Shown one piece after another: positions 1-9,636 of a stretch of DNA of 64,000 bases. Origin of the DNA: an uncultured archaeon. GTDB lineage: Archaea > Asgardarchaeota > Thorarchaeia > Thorarchaeales > Thorarchaeaceae. A program made the position numbers and the translations under genes. Under the pieces are notes generated by a model. That model had not been told where the DNA came from. It made no database searches and worked only from the letters and a program-made list of their open reading frames with translations. Numbering within the stretch: the stretch's first letter is position 1; each line of letters opens with the position of its first letter. The stretch is from positions 36,660 through 100,659 of the forward strand of contig CAZSWP010000006.1 in NCBI GenBank assembly GCA_964610875.1, read 5' to 3'.

Positions 1-12
1 GAGGAAACTGAA

Positions 13-1161
13 ATGTCACATGATGAAGAAGAGATGGTTGTCACTCCTTGGGAAGTACGGGGGAAAATTGACTATGACCGTCTCATCGAAATGTTCGGTA
101 CTCAAAAGATCACCGAGGCTCTCAAGAAGGATATCTATAGTATAACCAAGGAACACCACTTTATGTTGGACCGAGGTTTAGTCTATGCTCACAGAGACCT
201 CGATTGGATTCTAAAAGAGTACAAGAAGGGAAACAAATTCGTAATATACACTGGGCGTGGTCCTAGTGGAGATGTTCATCTCGGACATCTAGTACCTTGG
301 ATGTTTACCCGATGGTGGCAGGAGAAGTTTAACACACGCCTCTACTTCCAACTCACCAATGATGAGAAGTACTGGTTAAAACAGGACCTAACAATTGAAG
401 ATGTGCACAAGTATACATTCAGTAATGCCCTTGATATCATCGCACTGGGTTTTGAACCTGAAAATACTTACCTGATAGATGACATCAAGCATATGGATCT
501 GCTCTACGAACTGGCTGTTAGAGTTGCTAAGCGTATAACTTTCTCAACTGCTCGAGCGGTCTATGGATTTGATAATAGTATGAATATTGGGTTCATTTTC
601 TATCCATCTATTCAAGCTGTACCGGCATTCTTGCATTCTTGGATATATGGTGAGAAGACCCCTTGTATCATACCCTGTGCAATTGATCAAGATCCATTTT
701 GGAGGGTGACAAGAGATATCGCTGAGAAGATTGGTTACTATAAACCTGCATCAATTCAGAATAAGTTTGTGCCTGGTCTGGGTGAAGGCGGCAAAATGTC
801 TGCATCTGATCCCATGTCAGCGATTTTTACTACTGATACTCCAAAGAAAGCGAAAAAGAAAGTGATGGCTGCTTTCACTGGTGGTAGAACGACTGCTGAA
901 GAACAAAGAGAACTTGGAGCAAATCCTGACATCTGTTCAGTCTTCATGTATTATCAATATATATTCATGCCTGATGACAAGGAACTCGCAGACATCGAGA
1001 AGAAATGCCGTTCAGGTGAGATTCTCTGCGGCGAATGCAAGCAGATTCTTGCACCACGTGTTATGGAATTTCTTGAGAAGCATCAAGCAGCACGTGAGGA
1101 AGCGAAGGAACGGGTTCATGAATTTTCAGCAGCTCGATTGCGTGATGAAATACGAAGGTGA
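13..1161 (+). CDS. trpS: Tryptophan--tRNA ligase (archaeal/eukaryotic type)
   Basis: VTPWEV N-terminus, YTGRGPS..HLGH (HIGH), AIDQDPF, GKMSAS (KMSKS), TGGR...EEQR, CGECK. Confidence 0.97.
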   Translation: MSHDEEEMVVTPWEVRGKIDYDRLIEMFGTQKITEALKKDIYSITKEHHFMLDRGLVYAHRDLDWILKEYKKGNKFVIYTGRGPSGDVHLGHLVPWMFTRWWQEKFNTRLYFQLTNDEKYWLKQDLTIEDVHKYTFSNALDIIALGFEPENTYLIDDIKHMDLLYELAVRVAKRITFSTARAVYGFDNSMNIGFIFYPSIQAVPAFLHSWIYGEKTPCIIPCAIDQDPFWRVTRDIAEKIGYYKPASIQNKFVPGLGEGGKMSASDPMSAIFTTDTPKKAKKKVMAAFTGGRTTAEEQRELGANPDICSVFMYYQYIFMPDDKELADIEKKCRSGEILCGECKQILAPRVMEFLEKHQAAREEAKERVHEFSAARLRDEIRR

Positions 1162-1184
1162 GAAGATTTCTCATCTTCTTTTTT
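1154..1184 (+). terminator. Hairpin plus U-tract overlapping the trpS stop codon
   Basis: GAAGGTGAGAA-gat-TTCTCATCTTC followed by TTTTTT. Confidence 0.6.
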
Positions 1185-1228
1185 GTCATATACTATCTTT
1201 GTGAACTAGAAACTGATCCTATGTTTGG

Positions 1229-2551
1229 TCATACAGTAGGTGTATCTGAATTATCATGAATGAGGTTAATTCGATTTGAATATTTGAAAGACTGAAGAAG
1301 AATAACTACTCCAATTAGGACTAATATTATAGCTGCAATAAAGCTACCTCGATATGCATCAGCGTTCGTAAATCCCTGCAAAATTAGCAAATCTGCAACT
1401 GGTCCTGTAACAAGTGTAGCTGCGATTCCCCAGCTTAGGAAAAATGTTGCATTATAATATGCAAAAAGACGCCCTCTATATTCTTCTGGTGCCATTTTGG
1501 CAACTATAGAATAACTGGTTGACTCTATAATAATATGGGATGCTCCAATAAGAAATGATGAGATTATTGATAACAGAAAGGTGGGTGCAATTATCAACCA
1601 AGCTATGCCAAATATGGAAAGAATGACTCCGAACATTAGGAACCTATTATCGTCTGCTTTTGACACAACAGAACCTATCAGAAATCCTGTGAGCATTGAT
1701 GCTATACTACCAACATTCCTATAAACTGCAATCATCTCTCCACTTGCGCCAAACGCAGAGGGTTCAGCGAGGAAAATACTCGTGATGATAGCAATGGAGT
1801 TCCTTCCGAAATTGAGAAAGACCAAAGCTACTATGAATATGATGTAACTATTCCTCAATTGTACAGGTAAATTCTTTAGATAATATCTCTCATTTGGCTC
1901 ATCTTCTTCCTCCTCCCTACACTCGAGTTCTGCTTTTGATCTGATTGTGAAATAGACAATGAAGCTAGAGAATATCATAACAACAGCGGCAATATAGAAT
2001 ATACTCCCGTTACTGAAACCTGTCCCAAAATCATAAAGAAATCCACCAAGAGTGGCACCAGCTATTCCCCCAAATCCACCAACGATTGATAGTTGTCCCA
2101 TGACCTTCTTTCTTTCATTGTAATCGGTCAATTCAGAAATTAACGCAGACCAGCCTACATTAGACATGCTCCAGAAGACTTCAATTCCTCCCAGACTAAA
2201 GATAATGACATATCCAGCGACAACTAGTAGATTGAGGTTCAGAAAGTACTGATATCCTAAAACCATGAAAATATGGCCTAATCCTGCTAAGAATTCTCCA
2301 AACATCACAAAAGCTCTTGGTCTCTTGAACTTGTCCAAAGCATTTCCCCAAAGGAATGATTGTGTTCCTGCATTTGCTATCATGCCCACCGTTGCCATTA
2401 GGGTCACTTCAGTGGTTGAGAGACCTAAGGACCGCAGATAGATCGAAAGAAACGTGTACACAATTGACCGACGAAAGAGTGCCAAAAATTGGAAGGTAGA
2501 AAGTCCTGTGAATTCTCTTCCTCTGAGTCGAGAGTAATTCAAGGATCTCAA
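1229..2551 (-). CDS. MFS transporter
   Basis: About 12 hydrophobic segments; WGNALDKFKR (motif A-like); APEEYRGRLFAYY. Confidence 0.9.
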   Translation of the reverse strand: MRSLNYSRLRGREFTGLSTFQFLALFRRSIVYTFLSIYLRSLGLSTTEVTLMATVGMIANAGTQSFLWGNALDKFKRPRAFVMFGEFLAGLGHIFMVLGYQYFLNLNLLVVAGYVIIFSLGGIEVFWSMSNVGWSALISELTDYNERKKVMGQLSIVGGFGGIAGATLGGFLYDFGTGFSNGSIFYIAAVVMIFSSFIVYFTIRSKAELECREEEEDEPNERYYLKNLPVQLRNSYIIFIVALVFLNFGRNSIAIITSIFLAEPSAFGASGEMIAVYRNVGSIASMLTGFLIGSVVSKADDNRFLMFGVILSIFGIAWLIIAPTFLLSIISSFLIGASHIIIESTSYSIVAKMAPEEYRGRLFAYYNATFFLSWGIAATLVTGPVADLLILQGFTNADAYRGSFIAAIILVLIGVVILLQSFKYSNRINLIHDNSDTPTV

Positions 2552-2718
2552 TTTAGTCGCTCAACCCTCATGTTCTTAAAACGGTTATCCACTGACTATT
2601 AACCTGAACGATACGATTTTGAAATTGTTACAAAACCTTCCATTCTCTCACGCCATGGATATAGCATGCTTTATTACAAAGTCCAACAAAACATTCCAGG
2701 TTACATTTGATTGGATAA

Positions 2719-3066
2719 GTGAACAATTTGGCATGTCGCGAAGAACAGATATCTGAACTTCTCATAGAACTTGATTCTGCTGATAAATCAAGAGTTGCTG
2801 AGATAATTGATTGTTTAGGAAGAAATATCGCACCAGATGAATCTGAGAAATTTCGGACCGTGATTGTCAGATTTCTGAAGCCAATGACACTTGATGTTAG
2901 TGATTGGACTCGTCCTGCTATTAAGATAACACTTGAAGAGGCAGCAAAACGAAATATCAATCTCACCCTGAAACGAGGTCCGAAAACCTTCTCTTCGATA
3001 AGGCTCCCTACCGATAGTAGACTACTTGAGATGTTTGTAGATGGTGTCTACTCTGGAGAATGGTAA
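2719..3066 (+). CDS. Hypothetical protein
   Basis: 115-aa ORF filling the gap between two minus-strand genes; TTTATTA box about 45 nt upstream. Confidence 0.6.
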   Translation: MNNLACREEQISELLIELDSADKSRVAEIIDCLGRNIAPDESEKFRTVIVRFLKPMTLDVSDWTRPAIKITLEEAAKRNINLTLKRGPKTFSSIRLPTDSRLLEMFVDGVYSGEW

Positions 3067-3088
3067 CACCTCAAGCGATGAAGATGTT

Positions 3089-4807
3089 TCATTTTCGCAT
3101 TTCATAAATTCCCTTATAGGAATAGACTTCATTCCAAACCTCATTGAATCTATCGGCATCCACATATGGTTTTTTGATGCACCTTAGAAGTATCTCCTGC
3201 TGCTTTTCTGTACTACTAGGTTTTGAGTATAGTTGTAAAGCATATTTGGAGAAGTCTCGAACCATGAAATCAAATATCTGATCCAGCAGAGCGTCATCAA
3301 GATTATGTGTTTTGGCGTTCTCAATTATGAGCTGACCGTATACTACCAAGCTAAAGAGTTCCCCTGCATTTAAGATGAAATCCAGGTCCTGTCCTTGTTT
3401 ATCATCTGGTGTCGCTTGTGTCATAAAATCATTGAAGGTCTTGATTTGTTCCTTGAAGATATCCAAATTTGGTAGGTTTATACTATCGTAGGTTTTTCTA
3501 TAGTCGTGAAATCGAATCAGGCTTGCACCTTTTGTTGGTCCCTGATTAAACATAAATTCATCATGAACTGGATCTTTTACTGTTGGTATCTTTGATTGAT
3601 TTTCCGCCATAAAGAAGTAAGCTGGCATGAATTTGATGATTTGTGCCATATTTACGTGAACGGTCCCCTCCAGTTTTGGTAATGCTCTGATATCTCTTGT
3701 TGCTGCTGAAAAATAGGTTTCACCTTCAAAGCCTCGTGCTGCAATAATATCCCAGAGACCATCAATTACCTTCTCTCCTTCACTAGTAACCTTCATCTTC
3801 ACAAGGCTATTGTAGAGAATGTATCTCCTATCTTCTAGCGATGCCGCTCTCATATAATCCCCTGCACGCATTGCAAACAATTTCATTGCCACTAAACGTG
3901 CATACGAATCAACAAAGAGCTGACGAATATGTGAGAAATCGGTCACCCACTTCCCATAGAGATTCCTATTTGCTGCATGATTAATGGCTTCGTAGAATGC
4001 ATGAGTACATATCCCAATTGAAGCCCAACCCAGATTATACTTGCATAGATTTACGGTGTTCAATGTTGAGTCCCAAGCATCACGTCCTGTTGAAAGAATA
4101 TCCTCATCAGTTATTGGATAGTTGTTCACTCTATATTCTGCTACATATGATTGCACGGCAACAAGGTCTCTGACACATTCGTATTTCTCATGTTGAGAAT
4201 CAGCAACAAAGAAAACATAGTTGCCGTATTTCTCATCATCAGGATGAATCGATGGTTCAGTCTTTCCAAATATTGACACTAAGCTAGCTATATTTCCGTT
4301 TCCAATGTAGTACTTACTCCCTGATGCTTCATATGCCCCATCATCAATTTTCTTTAGTAGCATCTCACTGGAATAGATATCTGCTCCATGCTCTTTCTCG
4401 CTCAGTCCAAATGCAAAAACTCCTCCTTCCTTGAGAAGCTGAGCAGTTTTGCGTTTGACAATCTCATTATCACTCATCCAAATAGGACCTAATCCAAGTG
4501 CTGATACCTGCCATGTGTACCAGTAATGTAATCCATAAAAAGCAAGAATCTCATTGAACTCCATGTTTCTATAAGTATCCCATCGGCAATCTTTCTCGCC
4601 ATAACTTGGTGGAGTCAGAAGTTTGTAGAAAATTTTTTCTCCCTCTACGAAATCAAGAAAATCTTGATACCATACCATTGCATGGTCATCGTTCTTCAGT
4701 TTGATTTTGCCTTTCTGTTCAAAGAATTGTACTGTCTTTTTCATGATTTCTTCTGTTGTATCATCTGAGTAACTTCTTGTCAGATTATTCGGATTTAGTA
4801 ATATCAT
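3089..4807 (-). CDS. Acyl-CoA dehydrogenase
   Basis: FAFGLSEKEHGAD, GSKYYIGNG, RALPKLEGT motifs. Confidence 0.92.
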   Translation of the reverse strand: MILLNPNNLTRSYSDDTTEEIMKKTVQFFEQKGKIKLKNDDHAMVWYQDFLDFVEGEKIFYKLLTPPSYGEKDCRWDTYRNMEFNEILAFYGLHYWYTWQVSALGLGPIWMSDNEIVKRKTAQLLKEGGVFAFGLSEKEHGADIYSSEMLLKKIDDGAYEASGSKYYIGNGNIASLVSIFGKTEPSIHPDDEKYGNYVFFVADSQHEKYECVRDLVAVQSYVAEYRVNNYPITDEDILSTGRDAWDSTLNTVNLCKYNLGWASIGICTHAFYEAINHAANRNLYGKWVTDFSHIRQLFVDSYARLVAMKLFAMRAGDYMRAASLEDRRYILYNSLVKMKVTSEGEKVIDGLWDIIAARGFEGETYFSAATRDIRALPKLEGTVHVNMAQIIKFMPAYFFMAENQSKIPTVKDPVHDEFMFNQGPTKGASLIRFHDYRKTYDSINLPNLDIFKEQIKTFNDFMTQATPDDKQGQDLDFILNAGELFSLVVYGQLIIENAKTHNLDDALLDQIFDFMVRDFSKYALQLYSKPSSTEKQQEILLRCIKKPYVDADRFNEVWNEVYSYKGIYEMRK

Positions 4808-4976
4808 GTGCCGCCGACTCCAGAATTATTACACAGTAATTGGTCCGTAAAATGTCTTCTTGTTGAAGTATGTAGAAAATTCTGCACTCTAATTTGCTTG
4901 AATACACATAGCTATGTCACCACAATCCTAAATAGAACTCAGAGTAACACTCGTAAACAGTCAGACGAAGGAGACT

Positions 4977-6011
4977 ATGATAATGGCTTCCGATGCACAA
5001 GCAGCGGACATGTACAAATGTCCTGTCTGTAATGGAAATGTGCGTGTCGGGCCGGATGACGTTGTGATTACCTGTACCTATTGTGGTAGCACTACTACCA
5101 TAGATGGCAAGGAGATTGGAGAACACCTGATGGTCGTTGGTGTTGACACTGATGAACGACTGAAGTTCTTCAGGGAATTCCTTGACAAGAACAAAGGGAT
5201 GAATAAATCGCTACTGACGAATTTTCAGGTCGTCGAGAACAGGATCATCTTCGTTCCGGTTTGGACCGCCAAGGTAAAAGCTGATAGCTGGTATAAGGGC
5301 TACAAGACTGTCCAAGTACCGGTGCAGCGCCAAGAGAGTTATACTGACAGTGAAGGTAATAGAAGAACCCGCACTGTCACAGAATACGAGACTGGATATG
5401 TACCTGTCCAGGATGAGATTCATACTGACACTGATGAACGCCTTCTCGCTAGGAAAGGTGCAAGGTTCTATGGTCTTGAAGAGTATTTGGCTGAAATCAG
5501 CCTCAAGAATGCAGAAACCTACAATTTTGAAAGAATCAAGGACCTTGAACCTGCAATCCTTAATGCAGAAATTGATTCTGAGGAGTTTGAGAAGACTGTA
5601 CATGGACGTGTTGCAGATAGACATCGTAGTCAGGCAAAGAGCGGTCTAGCAGAGCTCTTTGATTGTCGAACAACTACAAATGTTAGAGGTACAACATACC
5701 TTCAAGCACCCTTCTCTCTAATACGTTATAAATTTCAAGGTGACCTTTACAAGTGTGCTCTTGATGGACATTCTGGTAAAGTGGTTCTTGGTGAGATTCC
5801 AATCACAATGGCACAGAGAGCAATATGGACATTGGTTGGAATAATAGGTACAATACTCTCAGGTGTAGGTGCAGAGCTTGCATTATTGGGATTTGGTACC
5901 GATTCTCTCGCATTCATGGGAGGCGGGATTGGTGCAGTGATTGTAGGAATAATTCTTGCATTCTTTGGATTCAAGACATTGCTGATGACTCAGCGGGAGA
6001 AGAAGGGGTGA
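4977..6011 (+). CDS. Zn-ribbon membrane protein (YdjG-like), paralog 1
   Basis: CPVC...CTYCG, IFVPVW, ALDGHSGKV.GEIP, two C-terminal TM helices; GGAG RBS upstream. Confidence 0.75.
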   Translation: MIMASDAQAADMYKCPVCNGNVRVGPDDVVITCTYCGSTTTIDGKEIGEHLMVVGVDTDERLKFFREFLDKNKGMNKSLLTNFQVVENRIIFVPVWTAKVKADSWYKGYKTVQVPVQRQESYTDSEGNRRTRTVTEYETGYVPVQDEIHTDTDERLLARKGARFYGLEEYLAEISLKNAETYNFERIKDLEPAILNAEIDSEEFEKTVHGRVADRHRSQAKSGLAELFDCRTTTNVRGTTYLQAPFSLIRYKFQGDLYKCALDGHSGKVVLGEIPITMAQRAIWTLVGIIGTILSGVGAELALLGFGTDSLAFMGGGIGAVIVGIILAFFGFKTLLMTQREKKG

Positions 6012-6015
6012 TCAT

Positions 6016-6984
6016 ATGGCAAGATGTAACTTTTGTGATGCCGACTTTGAAACAGGACCTGGAGATGTTCTTCTAGTATGTCCGTACTGTGGAACTGCTC
6101 AGACTACTGAGGGTGCAAAGTTTAAGGATCACTACATGATTCGTGTGCATTTCGACCAGCATGAAGCACAGACAGTATTGCTTGATTGGGTTTCTAAGCA
6201 ACTCGGAGCACCACAAGATCTCCCCGTCAGAGCTCAATTTGTGCAATACAAACAGATATGGTATCCGTTCTGGATCAGTCGCGTGGACTCGCATTCTACT
6301 TACCAAGGACTCGGTAAAGATGCCAATTTCTACGGTGAGTGGCCTCAGAGAAGAGGTGCTTACAAGAGGATTGACTTCTTCTGGAAACCTGAATCTGGAC
6401 AATTTACTCGTCGCCATGAGATTAAGATATCTGCAGTAGAAAGTGTTGATGAAGACATAAAGGCTCATCCTATTCCTACTCGCTCGAAAGAGTACTTCAG
6501 TCATGCACATGCTGAGGAATTTGATGGTAAGGTCCTTCATAGTGAGATGTCTGAAGACGACGCAAAAGCTCTAGCAAAGAAAAGAGCTTTTGAAAAACAG
6601 ACTGCCCTCATAATGGATGAAGTTGATAAGATTGAATCTAGAAATGACCAACTCGATGTTGGAGAAACATTCCTAATTCATATTCCTGTTTGGGAGTTGA
6701 CCTACCGTTATGGCAACAGAAAATACAAAGCTTCAGTAGCAGCATCAACAGGCTACGTTATTGAGAGCAAGTATCCTCGCTCCATGGCTTTCAGAGCAAT
6801 GGGTGTAGGATTCGGCTTGATAATGCTCTTGGTCGGAGTGGGTTTGATTGCGTTAGCCGCTGGTGTACTTGGATTCACAATATTTCCTGCGGGTGGATTC
6901 GTATCAGGTGGCATTCTAGCGGTACTTGGTTTGATGCTATTGTATAAAGGAGTTTCACGAAAAGAAGCCAAAGAGGAGATTTAG
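6016..6984 (+). CDS. Zn-ribbon membrane protein (YdjG-like), paralog 2
   Basis: CNFC...CPYCG, WYPFW, IHIPVW, ASTGYV, two C-terminal TM helices; 4 nt after paralog 1. Confidence 0.75.
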   Translation: MARCNFCDADFETGPGDVLLVCPYCGTAQTTEGAKFKDHYMIRVHFDQHEAQTVLLDWVSKQLGAPQDLPVRAQFVQYKQIWYPFWISRVDSHSTYQGLGKDANFYGEWPQRRGAYKRIDFFWKPESGQFTRRHEIKISAVESVDEDIKAHPIPTRSKEYFSHAHAEEFDGKVLHSEMSEDDAKALAKKRAFEKQTALIMDEVDKIESRNDQLDVGETFLIHIPVWELTYRYGNRKYKASVAASTGYVIESKYPRSMAFRAMGVGFGLIMLLVGVGLIALAAGVLGFTIFPAGGFVSGGILAVLGLMLLYKGVSRKEAKEEI

Positions 6985-7017
6985 AGGAACTATCCTCTCC
7001 TCCTTCTTTCTTTTTAT

Positions 7018-8235
7018 TTATTTAATGCGTCCAGTGATTGGACTTTCTTCAAAACCAATTCTCTCCAAAAGGGGAATTCCTTCTGACCAGAATGCCAATG
7101 GAGGTTGTAAGATATTTTCCATGATGACTGAGAGATTAGTCATAGTATCTAACTCCATCTTTTCCTGCGAAAGCGCTTTACTCACACCACTTCTAGCAAC
7201 CCAAGGTCCTAGGATGTTGTTCTTATTTGAGGGCGAGAAATGGAGTATTACTTTATGTGAACTGGAATTGCTTTCTATCATGCTCCTGTATGCTGAAAAT
7301 CTAGAATGAGCTGCATACATTGCTGTTCGAGCATCTGATGTCATCTTTGATAGAGATTCGAAGCTATATCCCTTACGATAACCATTGTCATCTTTTGTTA
7401 CATTCACATAGTCTACTCGTGATTCTCCCGGTTTAGATATTACAACAAATGTATCTCCGAGGACATTTGCTGTCTGAAAACTGATCGAGTCAACCGTGCT
7501 TTTCTCACTTAGTTCCATTAGTGCCATGTCGATGTATGTATCAATCGCAATTTTAAGCGAGCTTCTCATAGGCACCATTCTACGATTCTTGTGTTTTCCA
7601 AGAAGACCAACACAGATCAAACGTGCAGTCTGCTCAAGGGAATAATCATAGCCAATCAGTTGCCAGATTGCTTCAGCTGCATGTACATCCTTCTCTGTTA
7701 TTCTCTGTGCAACAAGGCTGATTTCAGGTTCTGTTAGGAGTGTGATTTCTCTTACTGGAACCAAAGGTCCAGCAGGCAGCTGTCCTCCAAGTGTTGTAAG
7801 GTGGCGTGGAGGCAGGGTGGGACCTTCCACGCCGATTGCGACTGGACTTACTGAGAGAGCTATTTTTTGCAGGGTTTCCACAACATCTTTCGGTGTTCGT
7901 GATCGTGCATCTACCGGGAGCTGGAATTGATACAATGACCTACGCATAGAGAGTATGGCATCTCTACCAATGCCCTCCCATGTATCTGGGTGGTCGAAAA
8001 TTGAAAGATGTTCTGAAGGTTGAGTTGTTCCAAGAACTCCAGCGTGCATGATGGGATATTTAGCGGCATTCATACAAATGCCCGGTGGAGTAAAGATTGT
8101 GAAGCTTTGAGAATGTGTAGTTTGTTTCGTCAGGCGTATCTGCCTAGACACAATATGACCTGTTGACACTGCCGCCACCTTAGCTTGAGTCATGTACCTT
8201 ACTCTCTGAGTTGCTAAGGAGATTCCTGCCAACAA
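7018..8235 (-). CDS. Divergent Nre-family (NreA/NreB) DNA repair protein
   Basis: TPPGI...KYP, DHPDTW, PAGP, VGLLG.HKNRRMVPMRSS, LGPWVARSGV; the true start may be the ATG at 8193. Confidence 0.65.
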   Translation of the reverse strand: MLAGISLATQRVRYMTQAKVAAVSTGHIVSRQIRLTKQTTHSQSFTIFTPPGICMNAAKYPIMHAGVLGTTQPSEHLSIFDHPDTWEGIGRDAILSMRRSLYQFQLPVDARSRTPKDVVETLQKIALSVSPVAIGVEGPTLPPRHLTTLGGQLPAGPLVPVREITLLTEPEISLVAQRITEKDVHAAEAIWQLIGYDYSLEQTARLICVGLLGKHKNRRMVPMRSSLKIAIDTYIDMALMELSEKSTVDSISFQTANVLGDTFVVISKPGESRVDYVNVTKDDNGYRKGYSFESLSKMTSDARTAMYAAHSRFSAYRSMIESNSSSHKVILHFSPSNKNNILGPWVARSGVSKALSQEKMELDTMTNLSVIMENILQPPLAFWSEGIPLLERIGFEESPITGRIK

Positions 8236-8346
8236 GTGTTCATTAGAACGTATACGGATGGTCTGGAGGGAGATGCCCGAAAGTACTCTCTCTTCTATTT
8301 CGCTCTAATATCTCGAAATAGCAATATAGAGGGCGAATGGCAGCTA

Positions 8347-9555
8347 CTACAAACACCCTATGTTTTCCTTAAGTTTTGCTACAATTTGATGGAACTTTTC
8401 CCTATATTCATCAGTCGTTGGAAAACCTCCTGTAAACACTTCTTTACTTCCTCCGCCCTTACCTCCCATCTCCAATATAATATCCTTAATGTAATCTGAT
8501 GCGTCTTGTTCCATTTCATTCGTCCAAAAAACAAAATTGCATTTTTCTGATACTCCCATATAGAATATAGCTAAAGGACCTTCGAGTTTCATTGACAGGA
8601 TCATGTTTCTGATGATTCCTGCATCGAATCCTGGAAGAATCTGATACATGAATTTGACATCATTCAGTTCTTCTACTCTCGGTCCATTTTCTAGAAGACT
8701 AGAAATGGTTTCTACCATCGCTTCTTTCTCTTCGATATTTTTCTTTGCTTTATCAAGAACGGGTCCAATCTGGTTCATCTCATACGGATATTCTATCTTT
8801 CTTGAGAGGACCTTATTGTATAAATTAACGACCTGATCAATGGCTTTTGGTCCTGTCATGAATTCGATACGGGTCTTATCCGGCAGTATCTTGTAATCGG
8901 TTATTTTGAAAAATTGAATTTCACTTGAATTTTCGACATGGAGTCCAGAACATGCTGAGGAGTCATAGTTTCCAACACTCACAATTCTGATAGGTCCTTC
9001 CTTTGATTGTACTCCTTCACGTGCTCGGACGCTTTCATCAAGTTCTTCACCTTTTACTATTTTCGTCTTTATTGGTAGTTCTTGATTTATGATATCTTGG
9101 ACAGCTCTCTCCGCATTGAATAGATCATCAGTAGTGATTGCTTCACCATGTACATCAACTGTTCCTCTCTCACCATCAATCCAGATGTATCCAAGAGACC
9201 TAGACGGATTTTGTCTTATCATGCTGGCAACAAAGAGATGCTCAGCGGTATGATTTCGTCTTGATGCGTTTCTCCATTCCTTGTCGATGATTAGTTTGAC
9301 CTTCTTTCCACTAGATATTTCAGAATCGATAAGGAGGGCTATCACTCCATCGTCCATTAGAGTATCATAGAAAGGGACTCTTTTGTCGTCAACAACTATC
9401 CATCCTTTTTCCCCTGCCTGACATCCCCCTTCAGGTCTTACTACATTTTTATTTATCTGCACCACAAATTTGCCATCCCTTGATTTGCAAGAGAGTACAC
9501 TCACTGAAAACTCGCCTTTCTGTGTATCTTCCCAGTATGGATATTGCATTTGCAA
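8347..9555 (-). CDS. Alanyl-tRNA editing protein (AlaX family with C-terminal DHHA1 domain)
   Basis: PEGGCQAGEKG, RNHTAEHL (HxxxH), SACSGLHV (CxxxH), GGKGGG. Confidence 0.88.
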   Translation of the reverse strand: MQMQYPYWEDTQKGEFSVSVLSCKSRDGKFVVQINKNVVRPEGGCQAGEKGWIVVDDKRVPFYDTLMDDGVIALLIDSEISSGKKVKLIIDKEWRNASRRNHTAEHLFVASMIRQNPSRSLGYIWIDGERGTVDVHGEAITTDDLFNAERAVQDIINQELPIKTKIVKGEELDESVRAREGVQSKEGPIRIVSVGNYDSSACSGLHVENSSEIQFFKITDYKILPDKTRIEFMTGPKAIDQVVNLYNKVLSRKIEYPYEMNQIGPVLDKAKKNIEEKEAMVETISSLLENGPRVEELNDVKFMYQILPGFDAGIIRNMILSMKLEGPLAIFYMGVSEKCNFVFWTNEMEQDASDYIKDIILEMGGKGGGSKEVFTGGFPTTDEYREKFHQIVAKLKENIGCL

Positions 9556-9636
9556 CTACCACCTAATAGCCGAAAGCAATAATACATGTATATCTTGCTC
9601 TTAGTTCGTCGAGAGAATAAGGAGTGCTACAGGCAA

